From a virus (taxonomy: Duplodnaviria > Caudoviricetes): DNA of 64,000 bases. The notes below the pieces were generated by a model. The model was not told where the DNA came from and searched no databases. It saw nothing but the letters and a program-made list of their open reading frames with translations. The position numbers and the translations under genes are program-made. The stretch lies in the IMG/VR virus record IMGVR_UViG_3300014205_000172, positions 32,001 through 96,000 of that record, one strand, 5' to 3'. Shown piece by piece: positions 1 to 8,427 of the stretch; position 1 is the first letter of the stretch; every line of letters begins with the position of its first letter.

Positions 1-1
1 T

Positions 2-982
2 CCGCAGACCGGTAAGCCTTACATGTACTTCGTTCCCGTGATCGAGTTCACCGACTCCTTCTCCGGCCTGAAGACTGAAGGTGCTACCGAGATGCTGGAG
101 AAGAACGATGTGGGTTCTTCCGATAACAACATGTTGGCAATGCGCGTCAACAGCGGCAAGAGCCAGATCATCGACCAGGCGCCTGACCTGGTTGCTAAGC
201 ATGGTATTTACTGGCTGACCACCGGCCATATCGGTCAGTCGTACCAGCTCGATCCTCGTAAGCCTAACGTCAAGCTCCTTAAGGGCATGAAAGGCGATCT
301 GAAGATCAAGCGCATTCCTGAGAACTATTCGTTCCAGACCGGCAACTGCTACGCGATCACTTATTACTCACCACTGATGGGCGAGGATAAACGCGCTGAA
401 TTCCCATGGTCTCCTGAGTCGGTCGACATGACCACTGACCTGCTGGAAATCCGCGTAACCAATTACCGCGGTAAATTCGGTATCGACAACATCCCTCTGC
501 CTTTGATTATCTCGAAGAAAGAAGGTCTGCTTCCGTACATGTCCAACTTCTACTACCTACTGCGTAACGCCGGGCGGTACGGGTTGGTAGGTAACGTGCA
601 ACACTACGCTCTGGCTCTGGTGCCCGGCGTATCGCTGTCCCGTACCAAAGTGCGTCAAAAGCTGCGTGAGTCTTATGCTTTGCAGAACGCTGCACGTTTT
701 CTGATGGAAATGCACTGGGAGATGACCACCAGCGTTACCTTCCCCGATGAGCTGCGCTGCGAACCAACGCAACTGTATGAAGAAATCAAGGCCATGGGCT
801 ACGATTGGGATTTGCTTCTGAATACTCGGTACTGGTTCAGTACTGTAGAGCAGGGCGAGAAGACTCCTTATCTGTCCACCCGTGATTTGTTGCTGATGCG
901 TGTGAATCAATCTCACCCGTACTGGTACCCAAAAACCCGTAAAGAAATGGGGCTACCCGAGATCGAACTTCAAGGGAGTTAA
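2..982 (+). CDS. uvsX: UvsX/RecA-like recombinase, 5'-truncated (phiKZ gp152-like)
   Basis: The frame is open from the window edge (PQTGKPY-MYFVP). It has a Walker B-like IEFTDSFSGL and the RecA-type WLTTGHIGQ strand, and sits upstream of vRNAP beta-C as in phiKZ-like phages. Walker A would lie outside the window. Confidence 0.7.
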   Translation, partial: PQTGKPYMYFVPVIEFTDSFSGLKTEGATEMLEKNDVGSSDNNMLAMRVNSGKSQIIDQAPDLVAKHGIYWLTTGHIGQSYQLDPRKPNVKLLKGMKGDLKIKRIPENYSFQTGNCYAITYYSPLMGEDKRAEFPWSPESVDMTTDLLEIRVTNYRGKFGIDNIPLPLIISKKEGLLPYMSNFYYLLRNAGRYGLVGNVQHYALALVPGVSLSRTKVRQKLRESYALQNAARFLMEMHWEMTTSVTFPDELRCEPTQLYEEIKAMGYDWDLLLNTRYWFSTVEQGEKTPYLSTRDLLLMRVNQSHPYWYPKTRKEMGLPEIELQGS

Positions 983-1012
983 CCCAAGTAACCGTATAAG
1001 GATAAGTCAGTC

Positions 1013-1294
1013 ATGAGTGAACGATCCCTGGTCGACAAAGTTGCCGATCTGCTTGGCAACAGCAGTGCCGCCCGTAAGAATGCTTTCGTGCGTGGTTTCA
1101 CAGCACCTAAAGCAGGTGGCGATGAAGTCAAGTCACTCAATGACTACTTTCGGGTAGAACTGAGTAAAGTTGAAGCATCCACCATTGATGAGCGCGGTTG
1201 CTTGCTCGATGGTATTGCTCCTTCGAAATGGCTGCAGTACTTCGAAGCACACGTTCTCCCAACCCTAGTTCGGTTCGAGCTTCCAAAGGACTGA
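1013..1294 (+). CDS. hypothetical protein (93 aa)
   Basis: ORF with upstream AAGGA, packed between uvsX and vRNAP beta-C. Confidence 0.75.
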   Translation: MSERSLVDKVADLLGNSSAARKNAFVRGFTAPKAGGDEVKSLNDYFRVELSKVEASTIDERGCLLDGIAPSKWLQYFEAHVLPTLVRFELPKD

Positions 1295-1297
1295 ATC

Positions 1298-2032
1298 ATG
1301 AACGAAAAACGCCGTAAGGTTACCGAGTTCATTCTCAAGAATTTCGATAAGATTCTTCCTGGGGATAAAACGAACTCTGAAAGTCTAAAGGCTGCTTTCG
1401 ACAAGATGTCTGACAGCGAGTTCGAGACGTACATCAAACGCCTTGCACCCGCTAAGACACCCGATGAAATCAAGCAGCGATTGTTCCTGCCATTCTACGT
1501 ACCCAACCTTCGTCCCAATGGGGTGCGTTTATCCATTGCCCGTAATTACCAAATTGCGCGTGACCTTGGTCGCAGCATTGAAGAACGATTGATCATGACC
1601 GATGGTGCTACAGGGCTTAAGTACATCACGCCACACGCTTATCCGGTTTATGATCTGCAAGTGCGTCGTCAAGCACAGACCGGTAGCAAGAAGCGTTCGA
1701 TCCCTGAGCATCACCAGCGGCTCGACGACCTGACCGATCAGCCGACAGTGGATTCAAAAGGTAGTCGGATCTCTTCACCTGAGTTCGGATCGCTGATTCA
1801 GAAGCGTCTGGACAATACCGTTACCGAACTGACGCACGCTCGTGGCGGTAACGCATTGGCAGCTCGTGAGTTCACGCGGGCATTGGTGGAAGATGGTGAG
1901 GTTAACCTTTCGCAATTGGAAGGGTTGGGTATTGCTCGTTCGACTAAGACCTTGTCGACGTTCCTGAACACTATGCTGATCGGCAATAACCTCGATCCGT
2001 CAACAAAGGTTCCAGATGATGCAAGAAAATAA
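1298..2032 (+). CDS. virion RNA polymerase beta subunit, C-terminal fragment (phiKZ gp149-like)
   Basis: LQVRRQAQTGSKKRSI...DDLTDQPTVDSKGSRISSPE matches the RpoB C-terminal K..R....T.QP..G....G.R.GEME pattern; size fits a split subunit. Confidence 0.8.
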   Translation: MNEKRRKVTEFILKNFDKILPGDKTNSESLKAAFDKMSDSEFETYIKRLAPAKTPDEIKQRLFLPFYVPNLRPNGVRLSIARNYQIARDLGRSIEERLIMTDGATGLKYITPHAYPVYDLQVRRQAQTGSKKRSIPEHHQRLDDLTDQPTVDSKGSRISSPEFGSLIQKRLDNTVTELTHARGGNALAAREFTRALVEDGEVNLSQLEGLGIARSTKTLSTFLNTMLIGNNLDPSTKVPDDARK

Positions 2033-2516
2033 AGGCAATGATTTTTTTGTGGATTTGGCAAAAGATGTAGCATTGCGCTACGCAATCCACGATGAGGCCG
2101 AACAGAAGGTCCGGTCGATTTACATTGAGTGCGCCAAGGTTGTTAATTGGCAAGCAAACATGAGTTCGGACAAGGCTGCCGATGAGGTACTCAATCACCT
2201 GCAAGTAGTCGGCGATAAAGCAAGTATGGTTATCAACATGACCAGTAGCTTCATGTTCAGAGCGGGGATTACCACTTTCCAACAACGCTTAGAACTGGCT
2301 ACCTTGCTTAGCGAGAGTGTTTCTTGGCCGCGTGATGTAAAAGAGTTCGGGGCTGTGCAGGCACGGTTAACGACCACGGCTGAAAATGCCCGTAACACGT
2401 TTACCGGTAGTCCGTGGATGATGTTCCTTTATCTGCTCAGCATGGCCGATGTCATTCAGGCTTTGGATGCTGCGCGTGTGAAACCAAAAGCCCCCGCTCC
2501 AAAACCAGCTACTTAA
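2016..2516 (+). CDS. hypothetical protein (166 aa)
   Basis: Overlaps the stop of the upstream gene; operon-like packing. Confidence 0.75.
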   Translation: MMQENKGNDFFVDLAKDVALRYAIHDEAEQKVRSIYIECAKVVNWQANMSSDKAADEVLNHLQVVGDKASMVINMTSSFMFRAGITTFQQRLELATLLSESVSWPRDVKEFGAVQARLTTTAENARNTFTGSPWMMFLYLLSMADVIQALDAARVKPKAPAPKPAT

Positions 2517-2525
2517 GGTCCAACC

Positions 2526-3290
2526 ATGAAACAACATGCTATCATTGATGTTAACATGTTGGCCGATACACGACTCGGAGCCGTCTGGCGCATTGACGAA
2601 ACAATCGCTAATGTGCTTGGCGCCTCCAACGTTTACCGTGACCGACATCATGACAACTTTGATCTCCTGACGAATGGTCAAATTGACCGTCAGGAGTATC
2701 AAAGCCTTTATGCCAAACAAGAGGCGGATACCTTAGGCGCTTCGAAGATGACAGAGTTCGTCTATTACCTTCGAAAAGACATGGTGGATGCCAGCAACCG
2801 CATGGAACGTGGCGCTGGCATCACTTCGGTTACGATCGATATCAACCTCTTTCCCTACACGGAACTGACTGACACTGAGATCAAAATCTTTGTCCGTGCA
2901 GTCAGACGGTACTTCCCGCACAACATCACGGTCAATGCGATTAATGTCCCTTGGGCGGAACTCACCCCTGAGATCATTGCTCGCACGTACGACATGATCG
3001 CTATCTACAACCACGAGGATTGGTTAATCCCAAATCAGAAAGCGCTTATTGCAAGACGCCTTCCCAACGTGGTTATGTTAACGCCACAGATTGCAACCAG
3101 CGGCGAGTTACCTGAGAAAGATCCTGATGTGGAAAATCCATTCAGCGCGCGGGCATTGGTGTTGGTGAAGTTTATAGCCTTAACCTACATTCCAACCGCA
3201 TGGGCTTGCCACAATCCCATCATTCATCAGGAGATACAAAATCAGAAACATCGAGCGAAGACTCCCCCGAATCCCGCTCCCCAGGCTTGA
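2526..3290 (+). CDS. hypothetical protein (254 aa)
   Basis: TAAGG SD upstream; continues the operon; N-terminus IIDVNMLADTRLG. Confidence 0.8.
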   Translation: MKQHAIIDVNMLADTRLGAVWRIDETIANVLGASNVYRDRHHDNFDLLTNGQIDRQEYQSLYAKQEADTLGASKMTEFVYYLRKDMVDASNRMERGAGITSVTIDINLFPYTELTDTEIKIFVRAVRRYFPHNITVNAINVPWAELTPEIIARTYDMIAIYNHEDWLIPNQKALIARRLPNVVMLTPQIATSGELPEKDPDVENPFSARALVLVKFIALTYIPTAWACHNPIIHQEIQNQKHRAKTPPNPAPQA

Positions 3291-3696
3291 AGCTAACTTC
3301 CGGTGGGACGTAGCCTTCTGGCAGGATTGGACTGATGCGTTCGCCGGTGATTTCACGTTCCTCGCTAACTGCAAGAAATGGATCACGACCACCGAACATT
3401 TCGCGAATCTCGCGAACAGCCTTGATGGCCTCAGCCCCATTGTCTTTAACCGCTTCTTCAATATCGAGCTTACGGGTAGTGAGTGCAGATTGGTCCATGC
3501 CGTTTAACAGCATGATCAGATCGCCCATCTTCTCAGGGATCTGCGTACCACCGACTGTGAGCTTCTCTGTGGCCATATATCGCATTTGCTGTGTGAATCT
3601 GACCACAGCCATCGGATCGGTGTCGCGTTCAGTAAACCCGGCCACAGGCGCTGTAGTCACGCCAGGGATACGGGGTAGTTCGTCAAAGTTGCTCAT
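3220..3696 (-). CDS. hypothetical protein (158 aa)
   Basis: Start moved to ATG 3696 (MSNFDELP), preceded by AGAGGT on the minus strand. Confidence 0.7.
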   Translation of the reverse strand: MSNFDELPRIPGVTTAPVAGFTERDTDPMAVVRFTQQMRYMATEKLTVGGTQIPEKMGDLIMLLNGMDQSALTTRKLDIEEAVKDNGAEAIKAVREIREMFGGRDPFLAVSEEREITGERISPILPEGYVPPEVSFKPGERDSGESSLDVSDFVSPDE

Positions 3697-3733
3697 TTCG
3701 ATACCTCTCTTTATTCCCTTCGTTGGAGGGGGC

Positions 3734-4243
3734 ATGTTTAAACAATTGTGGACTCGGCTTTTTAAAAGACCGGTGGTGGAAACTGTAACAGAACCTTTGT
3801 CTGATGATCCTTGGGTAAGAAGTAAACAACTTTCTGATCCCATTTATACATTAGACCTGGCTGAACTAAATGCGGATCATTTAGACCTTAAAGTCCAAGT
3901 GTGTAGCGATAACATCTACGAGTTACTGGCGTGGCTGGAAATCTCTATACGATGCATTGAAACGGAAGGTGACGTCACGGAAGAGTGGAAGTTGGATCAA
4001 AGACAGCGTGAAGCAATATGGCTTGTGGACTACTACTTCCACGATAAGACGGGGTATTGGGCACCGCAGGTTGTGTGGATTCAAGTGCTCGAAAAGATCA
4101 GAATCATACATCATCTACTTGAGACTAAGGACATAAACTTTGGTCATCTTTACCATCGTTACATGGTCAAGCACCTGACTGTTGTTATCAGGGACGCTAT
4201 CAGTGTAATGGAACTTTCACTCACGCTCAGCAGCAAATCCTAA
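3734..4243 (+). CDS. hypothetical protein (169 aa)
   Basis: Start moved to ATG 3734 (MFKQLWTRLF) after GGAGGG; the upstream part of the track ORF is the shadow of the minus-strand gene. Confidence 0.7.
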   Translation: MFKQLWTRLFKRPVVETVTEPLSDDPWVRSKQLSDPIYTLDLAELNADHLDLKVQVCSDNIYELLAWLEISIRCIETEGDVTEEWKLDQRQREAIWLVDYYFHDKTGYWAPQVVWIQVLEKIRIIHHLLETKDINFGHLYHRYMVKHLTVVIRDAISVMELSLTLSSKS

Positions 4244-4297
4244 AGTCAAGCCATCAGATACCTGTAAGCTTGCACACGCATTAAAGGATAATACGCC

Positions 4298-4768
4298 ATG
4301 ACAAGACGCAGTCGATCTACACGATCTACGTTTCGAGAGTTGCTTCAGGATAACACCAAGAAGATGGACAGCAGCGAAAACATCCCCGCTCACTTAGTGC
4401 GGGATATGTTGCTGACCCATGGTATCTCACCTGCCCAGTGGGATAAGATGGCGGATCAGTATTACCGCAAGGTTAATGCTAATTCCAAAAATGAAGTTGA
4501 CCTGCTCAAAGTCACTCACGATAAGAGCAACATGGCCAAAGCTTTGGCCAAAGACACCTTACCTTGGAGACGGTGTGAATCAACCATCCAGATCCTAGGT
4601 CCTGTTAGTTATAAAGTGAGTATTGAACTTACTTTTCCTAATGGTGTCACGTACAAGCATGAAGTGTTCAAACGCAATAAGTACTACGAGCCTGATGCGG
4701 TTGATGGTGACGAAGATGAACAGGCCGAAGATATCGAAGATGAGCCGAAGGAAAATGACGATGAATAA
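4298..4768 (+). CDS. hypothetical protein (156 aa; basic N-terminus, acidic C-terminus)
   Basis: AAAGGA SD upstream; clean ORF. Confidence 0.75.
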   Translation: MTRRSRSTRSTFRELLQDNTKKMDSSENIPAHLVRDMLLTHGISPAQWDKMADQYYRKVNANSKNEVDLLKVTHDKSNMAKALAKDTLPWRRCESTIQILGPVSYKVSIELTFPNGVTYKHEVFKRNKYYEPDAVDGDEDEQAEDIEDEPKENDDE

Positions 4769-5234
4769 GCCAGCCCTGCCAGATCCTACATTGGACGGAG
4801 TTGACCATATCCGCATCGACCTTAATGCCACCAGTCGGTTAGGCCGCAAGCTTCCTCTGTTAGCTGACGTACGGGTTACTCACCCTAAGCATGGTATCTT
4901 CCGCACTGCCCAGGGATTGTGGGAGTATCTGAAGGTTGAGAAAGATCTCGAAGAACTCAAAGCGGCGACTGGGTTTGAAGCAAAGAAGATCAGCAGTAAG
5001 CACACGCCCAAGTGGAGCAAGCGGTTTAAAGAAGATGTAAAGATCGCAATGATTTCGAAGATCGAAGACAACATCGAGATCTACGTCGCCTTTGCGGAAA
5101 GCACATTACCGTTTCGGTATTACCACATGCAGCGCAATCGTAAAATCAGTGAGCCTAAAGAAACACTGTGGCTTACTGAGTGGCTCGAAGAGTATCGGGT
5201 CGAAGTAAAAGCACGAATCAATAAAGTTAAGTAA
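4761..5234 (+). CDS. NADAR/YbiA-like fold protein (157 aa), possibly degenerate
   Basis: Start ATG 4761 after AAGGA. DGVDHIRI..GRKL..G.FRTAQGLW..LK..AKK..KIAMISKIEDN..FAEST..WLEEYR follows the NADAR layout, but the usual SNF and SEH motifs are altered. Confidence 0.5.
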   Translation: MNKPALPDPTLDGVDHIRIDLNATSRLGRKLPLLADVRVTHPKHGIFRTAQGLWEYLKVEKDLEELKAATGFEAKKISSKHTPKWSKRFKEDVKIAMISKIEDNIEIYVAFAESTLPFRYYHMQRNRKISEPKETLWLTEWLEEYRVEVKARINKVK

Positions 5235-5241
5235 GCGTTAG

Positions 5242-5288
5242 CGCCGACCGGGGAAACCTGGTCGGCGTATGCCGCATCCTTTTTTTTG
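5242..5288 (+). terminator. intrinsic terminator-like hairpin
   Basis: CGCCGACCGGG-GAAA-CCTGGTCGGCG, then TATGCCGCATCC and a T-run. Confidence 0.75.
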
Positions 5289-5321
5289 TGTATCATGTGA
5301 ACGTTACTGAGGATTTAGGTG

Positions 5322-6329
5322 ATGGCTAGTCGTTTGGCAGGAACCGTATTTCAAACCAATGGTCGTGAGGTCATGTTGGCCCAAGATGCCTATGGTATCT
5401 CCAACCAGCAAACCAAGAACACCGTATTCGATTCACTGAAAGGAGTTTATTCAGAAGGCATCTCTGGACTTCAGACAAACCCATCGTCTATCAAACAACT
5501 GACCGAGCTGATTCTGAGTTCTAAAAGCGGTAATGTTGACAAAGTAGATATGCTCGATAGAGCCCTTGGTGCCATGGGTTCGTCACTCCCTGCTTTGATT
5601 GGTAGTATCGCCGGTGGTGTTAAGAACCAACTGGCGGGTGCGGCAGGTTCTCTGATCGGACCAGGTGCTGAGAAGGCCGTAAATGTCATTTACGGAAATC
5701 TTGGAAAGATTATTAAAGTTGCAACTGTAAACGATCTCAGTGGTTTGGCTGATGTTCTTAACGAACTAACAGGTAACAGTGAGTTGATGAAGGTCATCAA
5801 CATCGAAGCGGAAGCTGCGGTGCTCGGTGGTCTGATGGGGATGTTGATTCAATATGACATCCCTGGTCTTCTGGATGACGTAGCCAACATGGCCGGTAGT
5901 TCAGAGTCTTTGAAGCTGGCTTACCAATATGTTTCTACGGATTCGATCGTTGGGACTGATCTTGCAACCATCAACCGCGTTATTGATAAGATTGGTCTGG
6001 CCGCCTATCTTGAAGTAAACCCAAATCCTATCAACACTATTTTGGCAGGGTTCTATTTCGGTACAAGCGATACTGTCGATACGTATCCAACCAAGCGGGC
6101 ATTGCTGATCAGTACGCTGAATCGCATTGATCCTCATTGGGAGGAGTACAATCGTAATGGTGTCTACGTCAAGAACCTGAATGCATTTTCAGTCGCCAGC
6201 ACTGACGCTAAAACCTTGCTTAACTTGGCGGAGCCTGAATCGATCCTTTCAATGATCGCTCCATCGTTCTTAGCCTCTGGTGTATCAGAAGTCATCAAAG
6301 CGCTCTATCCTGACGCTTACGTTACCTGA
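5322..6329 (+). CDS. putative virion structural protein (335 aa)
   Basis: Long ORF with SD, convergent with the gp182/gp181-like tail genes; function inferred from context only. Confidence 0.55.
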   Translation: MASRLAGTVFQTNGREVMLAQDAYGISNQQTKNTVFDSLKGVYSEGISGLQTNPSSIKQLTELILSSKSGNVDKVDMLDRALGAMGSSLPALIGSIAGGVKNQLAGAAGSLIGPGAEKAVNVIYGNLGKIIKVATVNDLSGLADVLNELTGNSELMKVINIEAEAAVLGGLMGMLIQYDIPGLLDDVANMAGSSESLKLAYQYVSTDSIVGTDLATINRVIDKIGLAAYLEVNPNPINTILAGFYFGTSDTVDTYPTKRALLISTLNRIDPHWEEYNRNGVYVKNLNAFSVASTDAKTLLNLAEPESILSMIAPSFLASGVSEVIKALYPDAYVT

Positions 6330-6331
6330 CA

Positions 6332-6366
6332 GCATAGAGCCCGGTCGCAATGACCGGGCTCTATGC
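6332..6366. repeat. CATA-stem-GCAAT-stem-TATG palindrome at a convergent gene junction
   Basis: GCATAGAGCCCGGTC-GCAAT-GACCGGGCTCTATGC, a perfect 15-bp stem. Confidence 0.85.
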
Positions 6367-6368
6367 CG

Positions 6369-8369
6369 CTATGGTCTATCTGTAGGACGAGATACTGCTT
6401 TCACGATATCGCCGATCATGCCATTCATCAAACCACTCACAACACGGTCTGGAGACTTCCATTGGTTATATTGCGCTCGCGCCTTAGCCATATTCAACTG
6501 CCACTTGCGTGTGCTGTTAATCATGCTGTTAAGCGGTAAGCCACCCAAGGTCGCCATGTAGTCCGTGTATTTGTTATCTTCACTGTAGGTGGATTTAGAA
6601 AAAGCCGAAGCGACGTCAATAGCCGCACTGGCCGCCCCTGGTAGGTTGCCACCCGTCACCGTATTCTGAAGCTGTCCTCCAATTTCAGCAGCAGCCGTAA
6701 CAGCGCCTTGCAGACCACTGAACGCGGGGTTAATCGGCATGCTCATAATCGTAGACAAGTCCACAATCGTAACGTGCACGTCAATACCCAGTACGTGACC
6801 ACCTTGCTTCCAGCCCACGTCACCCACACCACGTTCGATTGTCAGTGATTCAACCATGCCTTCGCGGATCAACGTGTGACCTTGGTTAAACACTTCCAAC
6901 AGAGGAGGTCCATCGTAGGACGCCATACCCGTAGCACGAGGCAACGACATGGCCATGATACCACCCAGTGGAATGAACAAGTTCTTCAACCGAACCCAAT
7001 CATCACCAGCCCACGACCGCAGTGGGATAGTGAACGATGTTCTGTTCAAGTCAGCCGAAGATGATTCGTACATCTTTTGGATATCGGCAAAGGAGTTACC
7101 CGCCAATGCAACCAACCCTTCCAACTGAGCAGACTCAAGGATGCCTTTAGCGACGTTAGAGATCGCAGATACCGCAGCGCCCATGAAGCCCGCCACGTTA
7201 CCATCCGCCAAGTTAAACCGAGCCATCCGCGCTTTAGAACTCATGGCGTTGATTTCAGTCTTGATGGACGGTTCTGTGGTCTGGTTGTTAAACGAGTCAC
7301 TGTTGGTGGGTGTGAAGTTTACACGTAGGGTGACGAAGTCTGCACCCATGTGACGTTCCGACTGGAATGATTCACCAGCCTTTTCCCACCAGCCTTGGTC
7401 GTTATTCTCATCCGGATAGATTTCAGACTTTGACGAATTCTTCGCTTCGTACTTGCCGAGGAAGGCGCTATAGATGCGTTCGTAATCCGCCATCGATGCA
7501 CCTGGGTCATCAAGACTGATCAGTTGCGTATCAACGCTGTCGAAGACAATGCGGTTGAACTCATCGGCCCGTTTTGCAGGATCGCCCGTTAAGTTGTTCA
7601 GCGCATCATCCATCTTGTCCCGATACCGATTTGCAAGCCGCTGTGGTTTCGTCGACATGCGAAAGATATCAATCCCGCCATCGGTCATCACCACGCCGTC
7701 ATTAAGTACCCGGTTCATAGAACCGACATCAGCTTTATTCGGAATGGAACCTGGATCAAAATAACGTTTTTGCATGTCGTTTGTAAAGTGGGGGGATAAC
7801 CCCAAGTTCACAAACATGCCGTTTACAAAACCACTGTACGCCAACCAGTAGGAATACATGGCAGGTTTTAAGTAATAGTACTTCGATCGCGGCATACCGA
7901 CGAAGAACTTAAACATGCTACCAGCCAAAATAAACGGCTGCAAAGGAAGAGTGCCAATAAAGCCTGCAACCTTACCGATGTTAAACCACACATCCGGTGC
8001 TCGGCCTGTACGTGCCATCGAGCCAGCATGGATGTTGTAAAAGTTACCAAAGAAGTTAGTCAGTGAGTTAAACTGAGGTACGCCACAACGGATGTGAACC
8101 AGCTGGGAGTTATCGTCAAGGATCTCACTATACCACCGACCCATGGGTTCGGATCGGGAAAAAATGGAGGGATGGCTGATGTCACAGTTCTCTGTGAATT
8201 GTGACAGAGGGTTTATAGCCCAATGACCACCCAACGTTGTATCAATAAATTTTCTGGACGATGATGTCCGGAACCTTCGGTTGTTATCCACCGAGTCAGA
8301 CAATGAACTAGGGGGTGCTAAAAAGGCGTGGCCCGCCCAACTTTTGTCTAGCACGTATTGACGCGCCAT
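6369..8369 (-). CDS. virion tail/baseplate protein (phiKZ gp182-like)
   Basis: Start moved to ATG 8369 (MARQYVLD) after AGGAG; directly downstream of the gp181-like gene as in phiKZ-like phages. Confidence 0.7.
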   Translation of the reverse strand: MARQYVLDKSWAGHAFLAPPSSLSDSVDNNRRFRTSSSRKFIDTTLGGHWAINPLSQFTENCDISHPSIFSRSEPMGRWYSEILDDNSQLVHIRCGVPQFNSLTNFFGNFYNIHAGSMARTGRAPDVWFNIGKVAGFIGTLPLQPFILAGSMFKFFVGMPRSKYYYLKPAMYSYWLAYSGFVNGMFVNLGLSPHFTNDMQKRYFDPGSIPNKADVGSMNRVLNDGVVMTDGGIDIFRMSTKPQRLANRYRDKMDDALNNLTGDPAKRADEFNRIVFDSVDTQLISLDDPGASMADYERIYSAFLGKYEAKNSSKSEIYPDENNDQGWWEKAGESFQSERHMGADFVTLRVNFTPTNSDSFNNQTTEPSIKTEINAMSSKARMARFNLADGNVAGFMGAAVSAISNVAKGILESAQLEGLVALAGNSFADIQKMYESSSADLNRTSFTIPLRSWAGDDWVRLKNLFIPLGGIMAMSLPRATGMASYDGPPLLEVFNQGHTLIREGMVESLTIERGVGDVGWKQGGHVLGIDVHVTIVDLSTIMSMPINPAFSGLQGAVTAAAEIGGQLQNTVTGGNLPGAASAAIDVASAFSKSTYSEDNKYTDYMATLGGLPLNSMINSTRKWQLNMAKARAQYNQWKSPDRVVSGLMNGMIGDIVKAVSRPTDRP

Positions 8370-8427
8370 AGTGAACTCCTCTTGTGTTAAGCGAAAGAGG
8401 TGGGGGTGGTTTCCCACCCCCGTGTCC

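Noticed and set aside
2526-3290. HAD phosphatase call from IIDVNMLADT
   Set aside because: The DxD motif is incomplete and no other HAD motifs were seen; left as hypothetical.
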